A stretch of DNA of 64,000 bases from Campylobacteraceae bacterium (lineage in GTDB: Bacteria > Campylobacterota > Campylobacteria > Campylobacterales > Sulfurovaceae), in assembly GCA_027024155.1 (NCBI GenBank), contig JALVTE010000076.1, positions 35,301 to 99,300 on the forward strand. The letters are read 5' to 3'. The notes below the pieces were generated by a model. That model worked only from the letters and a program-made list of their open reading frames with translations. It ran no database searches and had not been told where the DNA came from. A program made the translations under genes and the position numbers. Shown in pieces: positions 44,001-52,563 of the stretch (within the stretch, counting starts at the first letter, position 1; the number at the start of each line of letters is the position of its first letter).

Positions 44001-44149
44001 AAAACTTCAAACCATTTTGCATTATACACTAAAGCCCTCGCTGTTTGGGTACCGTAATCATTCTCTATAAATGTAGCCGCACCTATAGATATAGCAAAAA
44101 TCAGCATTACAGTAACTGCTGCTTTCATCGAAAATAGTTTTTTTATCAT
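41027..44149 (-). CDS. ccsBA: fused cytochrome c biogenesis protein CcsBA (ResB + CcsA)
   Basis: 1040 aa. Has a ResB-like N-terminal part and a CcsA C-terminal part with the WWD motif WGRYWGWDPKETW. Confidence 0.85.
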   Translation of the reverse strand: MIKKLFSMKAAVTVMLIFAISIGAATFIENDYGTQTARALVYNAKWFEVLLFYFISIITYNIFAFKMYKRAKWGQLILHTAFLLIAIGALITRYVGYEGILHLRDGQASDKMVSDHMVLTLAVKNGNKSYIFDKNLILSSMSKNRFKSSVKVGDKKLNIELLKYLPSAKKGIIKVKNGGSDYLEFMISSAGKRGGIVYIKKGDYLDLGSLVIAYDTDKKFNKDVINITKDSNGTLVMNSSKEIKSKSMDTLKDETLKAGKNILQKRHLNQIDGTMFVLKNSYSNAKLGYVSKSLKSSSMLPQMIDLKISSGKDSKEIKLFGYSQQVGEVKSLKLNGMDVELQYGAKVIPLPFKVKLEKFKLDRYPGSMSPSSFSSWVRIIDKDKNKNFKYHIYMNHVLDYRGYRFFQSMYDQDEKGSILSVNHDPGTLPTYIGYLMLAIGFLWSFLSDKGRVKTLLKKLDRLDKKAVASMLMFALLTVAVPLKAGGIDTSALTKSELNKIEKIDLNDSEKFARLIVQESSGRMSPMDSLSLEVIRKLSTKKGFLGLNYNQIFIGMLVEPDIYNKVRMIKIGHPLLVKKLGLKKGTEFASFNDFFAKDGKGDYKIAIDVDKAKKTRAGERSKYQNELIKVDEKLNVMYMTEQGYLLKLFPKPNDPNNTWYNPIEAVKAFPKKEGQVVRYIVGSYLQSTTDGIKTGNWKKANEALEVIHNFQKFYGSKVMPTEQKVEAEIYYNRLGLFDKLSFVYMTIGFILLILAFISIVKPNLNLKVISRLVVLMLVLTLIAHTFGLALRWYIAEHAPWSNAYESILYIAWATAVAGFVFAKRSKLAFAATSILAGIFLLVAYISSLNPQITNLVPVLKSYWLMIHVAVITASYGFLGLGALLGMFNLILMIVNGKNESNSIKRAIKELTIITEITLLIGLALVTVGNFLGGVWANESWGRYWGWDPKETWAAVTILVYAVVVHLRFIPKLNSIYAFNVASVLAYFSVIMTYFGVNYYLSGMHSYAAGDPVPIPTWVYFAVTSVFILIVVSYRYRLKGKL

Positions 44150-44317
44150 TTTTAACCTTTATATATAAAATATTACTCAACATAGAATATGTTAAAAAAC
44201 TTTAGTTACCTATAATTTTTTACAACATCTAGTACAGAGAAAATCCAATTTTTGTGTATTATATTCTTTTAAATTATATTTCTAATAAATTAAAAAACTG
44301 TACAGAGTGATTAAGTT

Positions 44318-47005
44318 TTATTTAAGCTTATCCCAACTCTTAGCAATAGAGACAGAACATTCTAACTTTACATCTAACTTATAAACATTCTCCATAACAT
44401 ATGTAAACCTCTTAGCCAACTCTTCGGCTTTCTCCTCTTTTGCCTCTAGTATCAACTCATCGTGAATCTGTAGCAGTAAGTTAGCGTCTAAGTCCTCTTC
44501 GCTAATTACTCTATCAATATCTAGCATCGAAAGCTTTATTAAATCTGCAGCACTACCTTGGAAAACTGTATTTACAGCCTCTCTTAAAATTGCAGCTTTA
44601 CCCATTGCATTTGCACCCTCGTAATCAAAAACTCTTCGCCGTTTAAGCAGGGTCTCTACATATCCAACATTTTTAGCTCTCTCTTGAATCTGTTCTAAAT
44701 AGTTTTTAACAGTAGGAAATGCTGCAAAATAATTTTGTATAATCTCTTTTGCCTCAGCAGTTGTAATACCCAACTCTTGGCTAAGTTTTCTCGAACCCAT
44801 TCCATAAAGCAAACCAAAGTTTATAGATTTAGCAAAGTTTCTCTTCTCTTGTGCTTGCTCTTTTCCAAATAGCTTAATAGCAGTCTCTAAGTGAATATCT
44901 TTACCCTCATTAAATGCCTCTTTAAGAGCCTTGTCTCCACTAAAATGAGCCAACAATCTAAGCTCTATTTGCGAGTAATCTATTGAAATTAAGCTATAGC
45001 CATCTTTTGCAATAAACGCTCTTCTTACTCTTCTTCCTAACTCACTTCTTACAGGAATATTCTGCAAATTTGGGTCTTTAGAAGCAAGCCTTCCGGTAGC
45101 TGTACCAGTTTGTAAAAAGCTTGTGTATATTCTATGTTCAGTATCACTCTTAGCAAGCTTTAAAAGTGGCTCTACATATGTACTTAACATCTTCTGACGC
45201 TCACGATAAAGCAAAATATCTTTAATAATCTCATGCTCATCTTTTAAACTATTTAGAACCGCTTCGTTTGTACTATAACCTGTTTTTGTCTTCTTGCCAC
45301 CCTTTAGCCCAAGTGTTTGAAACAACACAACACCCAACTGTTGAGTAGAGCGAATATTAAATTCACTCCCCGCGTGCTCATAAATTTTACTACTAAGCTC
45401 TGCCAACTCTTGTGTTAAAACCTTTTTAAGCTCTTCTAAATGATCACAATCTACCTTTATCCCCAAACTCTCCATCTTAATAAGCAGTGGAATAAACGGA
45501 TACTCTACATTCTCAGCCTCTTTTAGCAACTCTTCAAGCCCTACTTCGTTAAATATGCTTATAAGTTTATTATAAAGCTTAAAAGTCATCCAAGCATCTT
45601 CACTAGCATACTTAGTAGCCTCTTCAATATCGACACTAGAGAAATCTTCGCCCTTTTTAACAGTTTTAGAGTAAGCTATCATATCGTGGTTAAAAAACTT
45701 TTTAGCCAACTTATCAAGCCCTACTCTACTACTTGGGTCAAGTAGCCAAGCTAAAATCATACTATCGCCATATGGAATTTTTGGCTCAACGCCAAAGTGG
45801 TGTTTCAATACTGCTAAATCGTACTTTAAGTTATGCCCAATTAGCCTTTTATCTAAGAGTTTTAAAATAGCCTCTTTAGCCTCCTCTTGGCTCAGTTGCG
45901 AACCAACGCCTAAATAGTTATGCCCAACTGGTACATAGTAAGCCTCGCTCTCATTAAATGCAAACGAAAAGCCAACAAGCTTAACTTCTCGCACATTTAG
46001 CCCTGTAGTTTCTGTATCAAAAGCCACCACCATATCATCGTTGATATTGTTTAATATATTATTTAAATCTTCTACATTATCTAATAACTTTGGCTCAAAT
46101 TTCTCTACTGTTGGCTCTTGCTCTTTTTGAGTCTCTGGCTCACTTTTTGTGCCCTTACTAACCCACTTTAGAGCATTATTCATACCATACTTTTCAAACT
46201 CATCTACCAAGTTATCCAAATAATTTCTATCTTCAAAAACAAACTCTTCAAGTGGCAAAGTATCATAAATATCATCTCTTAATTTAACCAACTCTCTCGA
46301 TATAAATGCCTGCTCTTTATGCTCTATAAGTAACTTCCTAATTCTAGGTGTGCCAACATTATCTATATTTGCATAAATCTCCTCTAAAGTGTGGTACTCT
46401 AGTATAATTTTAGATGCCGTCTTAGGTCCAATACCTGGAACCCCCGGAACATTATCACTACTATCTCCAATAAGAGCTTGAAAATCAATAAAATATTTAG
46501 GAGGCACCCCAAATTTCTTTATGCACTCCTCTTCATCAATATCTTTTCGCTTAACCCAATCGTATAGAAACACTTGCTTATCATAAATTAATTGATACAA
46601 ATCTTTATCCGAAGAGACCATTTTACCAATAATCCCCTGCTCTCTTGCAAACTTAGTAACAGTTGCTATTACATCATCCGCCTCATAACCAGCCTTGCTT
46701 AGAGTCTTAAAGCCCATCTTCTCTATCCACTCAATAGCCACGCTAAGTTGCTTAACCAAATCTTCCGGAGCAGGCGGACGATTAGCCTTATAAGCAGGAT
46801 AAAACTGCTTTCTATACAACTCCTCTTTACTATCCAAAGCAAAAACAATATAGTCAGTACCATGGTTACTCTGTAACTGATGCACAAAATTAATAAACCC
46901 CGTCAATAACCCAGTAGGAAAACCATCTTTAGATTTAAGCGGAGGCAAAGCAAAATAAGCCCTAAAGAAAAATGCAAATGTATCTATAACTGTAATCGTT
47001 TTCAA
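44318..47005 (-). CDS. polA: DNA polymerase I
   Basis: 895 aa. Has a 5'-nuclease N-terminus, a 3'-5' exo domain (FDTETTG), and pol motifs DYSQIELR and QIHDELI. Confidence 0.96.
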   Translation of the reverse strand: MKTITVIDTFAFFFRAYFALPPLKSKDGFPTGLLTGFINFVHQLQSNHGTDYIVFALDSKEELYRKQFYPAYKANRPPAPEDLVKQLSVAIEWIEKMGFKTLSKAGYEADDVIATVTKFAREQGIIGKMVSSDKDLYQLIYDKQVFLYDWVKRKDIDEEECIKKFGVPPKYFIDFQALIGDSSDNVPGVPGIGPKTASKIILEYHTLEEIYANIDNVGTPRIRKLLIEHKEQAFISRELVKLRDDIYDTLPLEEFVFEDRNYLDNLVDEFEKYGMNNALKWVSKGTKSEPETQKEQEPTVEKFEPKLLDNVEDLNNILNNINDDMVVAFDTETTGLNVREVKLVGFSFAFNESEAYYVPVGHNYLGVGSQLSQEEAKEAILKLLDKRLIGHNLKYDLAVLKHHFGVEPKIPYGDSMILAWLLDPSSRVGLDKLAKKFFNHDMIAYSKTVKKGEDFSSVDIEEATKYASEDAWMTFKLYNKLISIFNEVGLEELLKEAENVEYPFIPLLIKMESLGIKVDCDHLEELKKVLTQELAELSSKIYEHAGSEFNIRSTQQLGVVLFQTLGLKGGKKTKTGYSTNEAVLNSLKDEHEIIKDILLYRERQKMLSTYVEPLLKLAKSDTEHRIYTSFLQTGTATGRLASKDPNLQNIPVRSELGRRVRRAFIAKDGYSLISIDYSQIELRLLAHFSGDKALKEAFNEGKDIHLETAIKLFGKEQAQEKRNFAKSINFGLLYGMGSRKLSQELGITTAEAKEIIQNYFAAFPTVKNYLEQIQERAKNVGYVETLLKRRRVFDYEGANAMGKAAILREAVNTVFQGSAADLIKLSMLDIDRVISEEDLDANLLLQIHDELILEAKEEKAEELAKRFTYVMENVYKLDVKLECSVSIAKSWDKLK

Positions 47006-47157
47006 AAATATACCCCAAGTGTTTTAGCTGTAAAATTATACCCAAATATAAATAAAGCAGTTAATAGAAACTACACATAAAAATTATTGACATACATTTA
47101 CATCCATTTGAGTAAGCGTAACGACAAATAGGTCGCTCTTAAAAGTGGGAATAGTCT

Positions 47158-47208
47158 GGTTGTATCCAACTCGTAGGGGCAATCCCTTGTGGTTGCCCGT
47201 AAGTACAA
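47158..47208. repeat. REP-like GTAG-hairpin unit
   Basis: GTATCCAACTCGTAGGGGCAATCCCTTGTGGTTGCCC, with stem GGGCAA/TTGCCC. A same-orientation copy lies at 48990. Confidence 0.65.
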
Positions 47209-47300
47209 AGCACTTAAACAATAAATTACATATGTGTACCTCTATTGCCATTAAATTAATGATTCTACATCCATTGCTTAAAGCCTTAAGCAATGAAAAT

Positions 47301-47428
47301 ATTTACCATCGCCGTCATTCTGAGCGGATGCGAAGAATCTAGTTTAAACGGCTGTAAAACCAAGAGTTATACTCGGCAATTTGAGTTAGATTCTTCGCTC
47401 CACCCAGAATGACGGCGATAGCAAGCTT
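47301..47428. repeat. ~128-bp long-hairpin intergenic element (family A copy 3)
   Basis: ATTTACCATCGCCGTCATTCTGAGCGGATGCGAAGAATCT ... AGATTCTTCGCTCCACCCAGAATGACGGCGATAGCAAGCTT. Confidence 0.8.
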
Positions 47429-47477
47429 AAGGTTTATTACATTTTATAGAGGTGATACCCACTACATCTCTATAGAT

Positions 47478-47518
47478 TTGACAATCACACAAATTTGATG
47501 TATAATAAAACATCAAAT
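47478..47518 (+). promoter_or_regulatory. sigma-70-type promoter with overlapping palindromic operator for TA module 1
   Basis: TTGACA (47478-83), a 17-nt spacer, then TATAAT (47501-06). The palindrome ATTTGATG-N10-CATCAAAT (47493-47518) spans the -10 element. Confidence 0.6.
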
Positions 47519-47545
47519 ATAGATGTATAAATAAGGAGCCAAGTT

Positions 47546-47791
47546 ATGACCAATACACAAAATAGCAGAATTACAGTAACTCTACCAAAATATATAAACG
47601 ACGAACTTGATGCTTCTAAAAAAGAGTTGGGCTATACAAAAACAGAGATAATAAAAATAGCAATAGAGAATTTCTTAGAAGAGCAAAAAAAAGCAAAACT
47701 CAAAAATGCCGTTGAATTAATGACTAATGAGTATCAAAACAATAAAGAGCTTACTGAGTTTACAACTTTAGATAGCGAAGATTTTCTATGA
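47546..47791 (+). CDS. ribbon-helix-helix antitoxin
   Basis: 81 aa. Has RHH-like ITVTLPKYINDELD...TKTEIIKIAIENFL and overlaps the toxin start by 4 nt. Confidence 0.7.
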   Translation: MTNTQNSRITVTLPKYINDELDASKKELGYTKTEIIKIAIENFLEEQKKAKLKNAVELMTNEYQNNKELTEFTTLDSEDFL

Positions 47792-48123
47792 AACAAAAAG
47801 AGATATGGCTAATAAACCTCGACCCAACAATCGGAGCCGAGATTAAAAAAACAAGACCCTGCGTAATTCTAAACAGTAACTTGATTGGCAAACTACCACT
47901 TAAAATTATAGCCCCAATTACAGACTTTAAAGCACAATACGAAACAGTACCATGGATGGTAAAACTAATCCCAAATAAAGATAACAATTTAACAAAACAA
48001 TCTGTAATAGACCTTTTTCAAGTACGCTCTGTTTCCGAAAAAAGATTAATTAAAAAGATAGGTACAATCAATAACGAAAACCTAAAAAAATGCAAAGAGG
48101 CACTAAACATAGTTTTCGATTAG
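47788..48123 (+). CDS. mazF: MazF/PemK family toxin (endoribonuclease)
   Basis: 111 aa. Has KQKEIWLINLDPTIGAEIKKTRPCVILN, typical of MazF/PemK. Confidence 0.8.
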   Translation: MKQKEIWLINLDPTIGAEIKKTRPCVILNSNLIGKLPLKIIAPITDFKAQYETVPWMVKLIPNKDNNLTKQSVIDLFQVRSVSEKRLIKKIGTINNENLKKCKEALNIVFD

Positions 48124-48148
48124 AAGATTCAGTATATTTTTACTATCT

Positions 48149-48469
48149 CTAGCACTCAAACTTCTGACATATATCTTTTAGAATCTTCTTAAAAGTTATA
48201 TCTTTTAAAGTAGCTATAATATTTTTATCAGATATTAAAGAGGAATCGATTGCCGTTAACTTTGGTACAATCACAACAGACTCTTTTTTTAATGAACCGG
48301 TTTCAATATCACTATTTGTAATAATAATACCATCTCTTTTTAAATTTGTTGTAAGGGGTAAAATTAGTAAATCATTTTTGTCTATCACTCTAAATACTAA
48401 TACAGGTCGTCCTTTAAACTGCTTAAAATCAGAATATGGCATCTCAATAAAATATATACCACCTACCAT
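48149..48469 (-). CDS. second PemK/MazF-like toxin
   Basis: 106 aa. Has GGIYFIEMPY...KGRPVLVFRV...ILPLTTN. Confidence 0.6.
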   Translation of the reverse strand: MVGGIYFIEMPYSDFKQFKGRPVLVFRVIDKNDLLILPLTTNLKRDGIIITNSDIETGSLKKESVVIVPKLTAIDSSLISDKNIIATLKDITFKKILKDICQKFEC

Positions 48470-48759
48470 TTGGAGTAATCCTCATTATCGTAATCATTTT
48501 TACTTAAGCCAATAGCAATTTTGCCAAAATTATCTAACTCTTTATCTTTCCAATATTCCCATTTTGAGTTATTGGATTCTTCTTCTATTCTCTTTAAACG
48601 ACTATACTCTTCTGTAGATAATACCACTACTTCTAAACGATTATTTTTCAAAATACCAATTTTTTCAATGCTATTGTTTTTAACATCTTTTAAAAGGGTA
48701 CTTATCTTCTTGGTAAAGTCAGTTATAGAAAATAGTTCATTTTCTGAATATTTAACCAT
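48463..48759 (-). CDS. Phd/YefM-like antitoxin
   Basis: 98 aa. Has an N-terminal FSITDFTKKISTLLKDV...VVVLSTEEYSRL and overlaps the toxin start. Confidence 0.55.
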   Translation of the reverse strand: MVKYSENELFSITDFTKKISTLLKDVKNNSIEKIGILKNNRLEVVVLSTEEYSRLKRIEEESNNSKWEYWKDKELDNFGKIAIGLSKNDYDNEDYSKW

Positions 48760-48782
48760 AATATTTATCCTTAAATTTACTA

Positions 48783-48828
48783 GTGTATTTAACTATAAAT
48801 ATACTACTATTTTCATAATTAAATACAC
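48783..48828 (-). promoter_or_regulatory. candidate operator/promoter of TA module 2
   Basis: 10-nt inverted repeat GTGTATTTAA ... TTAAATACAC, lying 24-70 nt upstream of the antitoxin ATG. Confidence 0.35.
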
Positions 48829-48989
48829 CTTAAGAAAAACTAATAAAAAATTCTTCTTTAACATCAGAACCTTGAAAGCCGTTAAATAAACAAGAACTGT
48901 TTCTTGTTTATAAGCTTGAAATCAAAGGTGTTGTCCTATAAAGACCACTGAAGGCAAGAGCATCCTCTACAAATTATACTTACACAATA

Positions 48990-49032
48990 GTATCCAACTC
49001 GTAGAGGCAATCCCTTGTGGTTGCCCACAAGT
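48990..49032. repeat. REP-like GTAG-hairpin unit (second copy)
   Basis: GTATCCAACTCGTAGAGGCAATCCCTTGTGGTTGCCC, in the same orientation as 47161-47203. Confidence 0.65.
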
Positions 49033-49147
49033 TCAAATTGCCTACAAAATATCAAAACAAATCAAATATTATATCCGCTTGAATTAGTAATTTTAGTCAA
49101 TAAGAAAACATTTACTATTACCATCACCAGACCCAACACTCTTTTTA

Positions 49148-49302
49148 GAAGTGAATAGTGAAAAATTAAAAGTGAAAAGTTTTGGTATGCATTACTTCGT
49201 AATACCTTTTTAATTAAAAGTGAAAAGCAAATTAATCTTTAGCCATACCAATTCTTATTGCTTATATCAACTATTAACTTTTCACTTTTCACTATTAACT
49301 CG
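49148..49302. repeat. inverted-repeat element abutting the CRISPR trailer end
   Basis: GTGAATAGTGAAAAATTAAAAGTGAAAAGTT (left) pairs with AACTTTTCACTTTTCACTATTAAC (right). An extra AAAGTGAAAAG copy lies inside. Confidence 0.55.
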
Positions 49303-49305
49303 CGA

Positions 49306-51649
49306 AGCGAAGTCCCCTTAAATCGGGTGGGTTTTGTAATAAAAAATACTTTTGGAATGTAATTGAGGTGACTATTGTTTCAATCCCCTTAAATCGGGTC
49401 GGTTTTGTAATAGTGGATTGGCTAAGAATTAATAACTATTTTTTCTTTGGTTTCAATCCCCTTAAATCGGGTCGGTTTTGTAATGCTAAATGATAAGTTG
49501 CAGAGTATAGAGAAGTTGGTTTCAATCCCCTTAAATCGGGTCGGTTTTGTAATAAATTTGGAAAAGTAAACAAAGGAAAGAGAGTAAAGGTTTGTTTCAA
49601 TCCCCTTAAATCGGGTCGGTTTTGTAATACCCACATAAAGGCGAGCAAGGAGGGCTTAAATTCTGTTTCAATCCCCTTAAATCGGGTCGGTTTTGTAATA
49701 ATTATTGAGCTATTAGAAGGAAAGTTTAAATTGTTTCAATCCCCTTAAATCGGGTCGGTTTTGTAATCATGAAAAGAGTAATTGGGAGAGTTAGGTTTTA
49801 GTTTCAATCCCCTTAAATCGGGTCGGTTTTGTAATATACTCCATGTGAACCAGCACTACTAACATTAGCAGGTTTCAATCCCCTTAAATCGGGTCGGTTT
49901 TGTAATGTGCTTATTTTAGCAACCCATATCAACAGCTATTGTTTCAATCCCCTTAAATCGGGTCGGTTTTGTAATAATGTTATGTTGCAAAAAGAGACGA
50001 TACATTGATCAGTTTCAATCCCCTTAAATCGGGTCGGTTTTGTAATGGCATGTAGTGTCAAAAGCACCAAGAACATTTGTTAAGTTTCAATCCCCTTAAA
50101 TCGGGTCGGTTTTGTAATGCAGGATGGACTGAAATATCAGGAAAATTAATTTAGTTTCAATCCCCTTAAATCGGGTCGGTTTTGTAATTAAAAAGGTCAA
50201 TGTTTTAAGGATACAGCCAACATCGTTTCAATCCCCTTAAATCGGGTCGGTTTTGTAATTAGTGAAGGACTGATTGAAAAAGAGTTCTTTGAGAAGTTTC
50301 AATCCCCTTAAATCGGGTCGGTTTTGTAATTAATGTGCCTGATTGCTAATCAGTGGCTGGGTCAAGTTTCAATCCCCTTAAATCGGGTCGGTTTTGTAAT
50401 TTATAACATATAAAGATTATGTTTATCTTTATAGAAGTTTCAATCCCCTTAAATCGGGTCGGTTTTGTAATTAAGTGTGGTGAGGCATCTAAATTAGAAC
50501 TTGAGTGGTTTCAATCCCCTTAAATCGGGTCGGTTTTGTAATAAACATTGGGGAAGTCAGTATTGGTGGGTCATCGAGTTTCAATCCCCTTAAATCGGGT
50601 CGGTTTTGTAATTGATGGATTAGATAATGACGGAAAAGTGTCTAGGTTTCAATCCCCTTAAATCGGGTCGGTTTTGTAATTAATAGGCTCAAATTAAGGG
50701 ATTATTAAGCTGTTTCAATCCCCTTAAATCGGGTCGGTTTTGTAATGTTCCAAATAGACTCTCAAATGCACTATCACCTGGTTTCAATCCCCTTAAATCG
50801 GGTCGGTTTTGTAATATGATATATTGTATTATAAAAAGGATTTAATTAGTTTCAATCCCCTTAAATCGGGTCGGTTTTGTAATTTAAAAAGAGTAAGTTT
50901 TATACTTCATTAGAAAGTGTTTCAATCCCCTTAAATCGGGTCGGTTTTGTAATATATTGTAGATGGTAAAGGGGAAGAAGAAGGGCAGTTTCAATCCCCT
51001 TAAATCGGGTCGGTTTTGTAATAAAAGGCATAAATGAAAGTTTTAAGTTTATTTGTTTCAATCCCCTTAAATCGGGTCGGTTTTGTAATCTATTCAAAAA
51101 AAGATACAAAGGTTTAAAACCTTGTGGTTTCAATCCCCTTAAATCGGGTCGGTTTTGTAATAACATTGTGTGTCAGGAAATTGTTGATATAAAAAAGTTT
51201 CAATCCCCTTAAATCGGGTCGGTTTTGTAATTTAAAGTGCCTGCTGAAAAGCTAGAAGAATACCAGTTTCAATCCCCTTAAATCGGGTCGGTTTTGTAAT
51301 TTTATAGTGAGACTAGAATATGACAATGACTGGGTGTTTCAATCCCCTTAAATCGGGTCGGTTTTGTAATGTAGTGTATAATTAGGTATAACAAAATAGG
51401 AGTAGTTTCAATCCCCTTAAATCGGGTCGGTTTTGTAATGATAATGAGCTAGCTTGTTTCGACAAAGAAGCAGTTTCAATCCCCTTAAATCGGGTCGGTT
51501 TTGTAATCAAGCAAGGGATAGAAGCTAAGTTTAAAGTAGCCCGTTTCAATCCCCTTAAATCGGGTCGGTTTTGTAATTTAATTAAAATTAAGGTGTTCAG
51601 ATGAAACAATTATCGTTTCAATCCCCTTAAATCGGGTCGGTTTTGTAAT
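49306..51649 (-). CRISPR. CRISPR array: 33 apparently identical 35-nt repeats plus one degenerate terminal repeat, 33 spacers of 31-40 nt
   Basis: Plus-strand repeat: GTTTCAATCCCCTTAAATCGGGTCGGTTTTGTAAT. Repeat starts are 49376, 49449, 49519 ... 51615, with a period of 66-75 nt. The minus-strand reading ends in ATTGAAAC. The degenerate copy at 49306-49339 is at the end far from the cas genes. Confidence 0.97.
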
Positions 51650-51900
51650 AGTAACAATTAGTTGTTAAATAACCATTTCATCGGACTTTATTATAGGGCA
51701 AGTTTTCTTAAGTTTTGCTTTAATCTTCATAATTTGACTATTGTAAATATTTTAGTACAGTAATATGGGTATATCGATTTGATTAATAAGCTTAACTCAA
51801 TCTTAAATAAAATTAGATATTTTCCATAATATGGTATTAAATTAAAAAATCTGTATACGCATTTGAATTTTTTTATACAGAAACTTTATCTTTTTATTAT
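51650..51900 (-). promoter_or_regulatory. CRISPR leader (AT-rich), with candidate -10 TATAAT at 51690-51695 and a weak hairpin at 51851-51880
   Basis: 251-nt non-coding AT-rich stretch between the last cas-side ORF and the first repeat. Its position agrees with the repeat orientation and with the degenerate repeat lying at the opposite end. Confidence 0.6.
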
Positions 51901-52281
51901 TTATAGTGTATCTATCCCTGTTATATATTCATTTAAGTTATCTCTATTTCTATATAAAAAATCATATATTTTATATGCTTCGTATGCTTTTAGGTTTTCG
52001 TTACTTTTTTTATCGTATAAATAGCCATTTGAAGTTATAGCAATCTCTCTACTGTTGTAGTTAATTGTAGGGTAAATATCTTTATTAGGGTTTGGCTTTA
52101 AGTCGTCTCTTAGTTTATTTACGAAGTTGTAGTAGTTTCTACTTTTTTTGTTTGCTGTTTTTGGAGTCTGTTTTAAGTTTTGATTTATCTGCTTTAACTC
52201 TTTTAATATTGCAGTTAATAGTTCATTTGTTGTGTTGCTATCTGTGCTAAGTAGTTTTTCTATCTCATCTTGCAGTTTCAT
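51901..52281 (-). CDS. hypothetical protein between cas2 and the leader
   Basis: 126 aa with a strong SD (AAGGAG-N4-ATG), 9 nt after the cas2 stop. No family recognised. Confidence 0.55.
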   Translation of the reverse strand: MKLQDEIEKLLSTDSNTTNELLTAILKELKQINQNLKQTPKTANKKSRNYYNFVNKLRDDLKPNPNKDIYPTINYNSREIAITSNGYLYDKKSNENLKAYEAYKIYDFLYRNRDNLNEYITGIDTL

Positions 52282-52290
52282 AATACTCCT

Positions 52291-52563
52291 TTATAAAAAA
52301 TTGTATGGTTGCTCTAAGTTAATTGCAGATGCTAATTTTATTCCACTGTTTTTTATGTTATATACCCTTATGTCATCTTCGTTTTCATTGTAAATTTTTA
52401 ATATATTATCTAGTAGAGTTTGTAATTCATCTTTTGTGCTATTTGGGAGAAGAAAAATAGAAAATTGTATTCTTATTGCCTCTTTCTCTAGCAATTTTGC
52501 AATTTTACGAAGCCGTTTTATATTGGCTATGTCGTAGCTTATAATAAAATCATATCTGTTCAT
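52291..52563 (-). CDS. cas2: CRISPR-associated endoribonuclease Cas2 (copy b)
   Basis: 90 aa. Has the Cas2 ferredoxin-fold pattern, FIISYDIANIKRLRKIAKLLEKEAIRIQFSIF. Confidence 0.8.
   Translation of the reverse strand: MNRYDFIISYDIANIKRLRKIAKLLEKEAIRIQFSIFLLPNSTKDELQTLLDNILKIYNENEDDIRVYNIKNSGIKLASAINLEQPYNFL

Noticed and set aside
17005-47428. Idea that the ~125-bp palindromic elements are integron attC sites or a cassette array
   Set aside because: No intI-like integrase is present. The elements are scattered singly between essential housekeeping genes in conserved synteny, not at cassette boundaries. A REP/MITE-like interpretation fits better.
47546-48759. MazF toxins as dedicated CRISPR accessory nucleases of the type III system
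   Set aside because: Each toxin has its own cognate antitoxin and promoter/operator in classic type II TA layout. Adjacency alone does not support a functional link, so only the adjacency is reported.
49422-51609. ORF-track entries inside the array (49422..49634, 49436..49648, 50900..51166, 51382..51609) with repeated peptides ITKPTRFKGIET / QNRPDLRGLK
   Set aside because: These are translations of the 35-nt CRISPR repeat in two frames. Their periodicity equals the repeat-spacer unit, so they are not genes.
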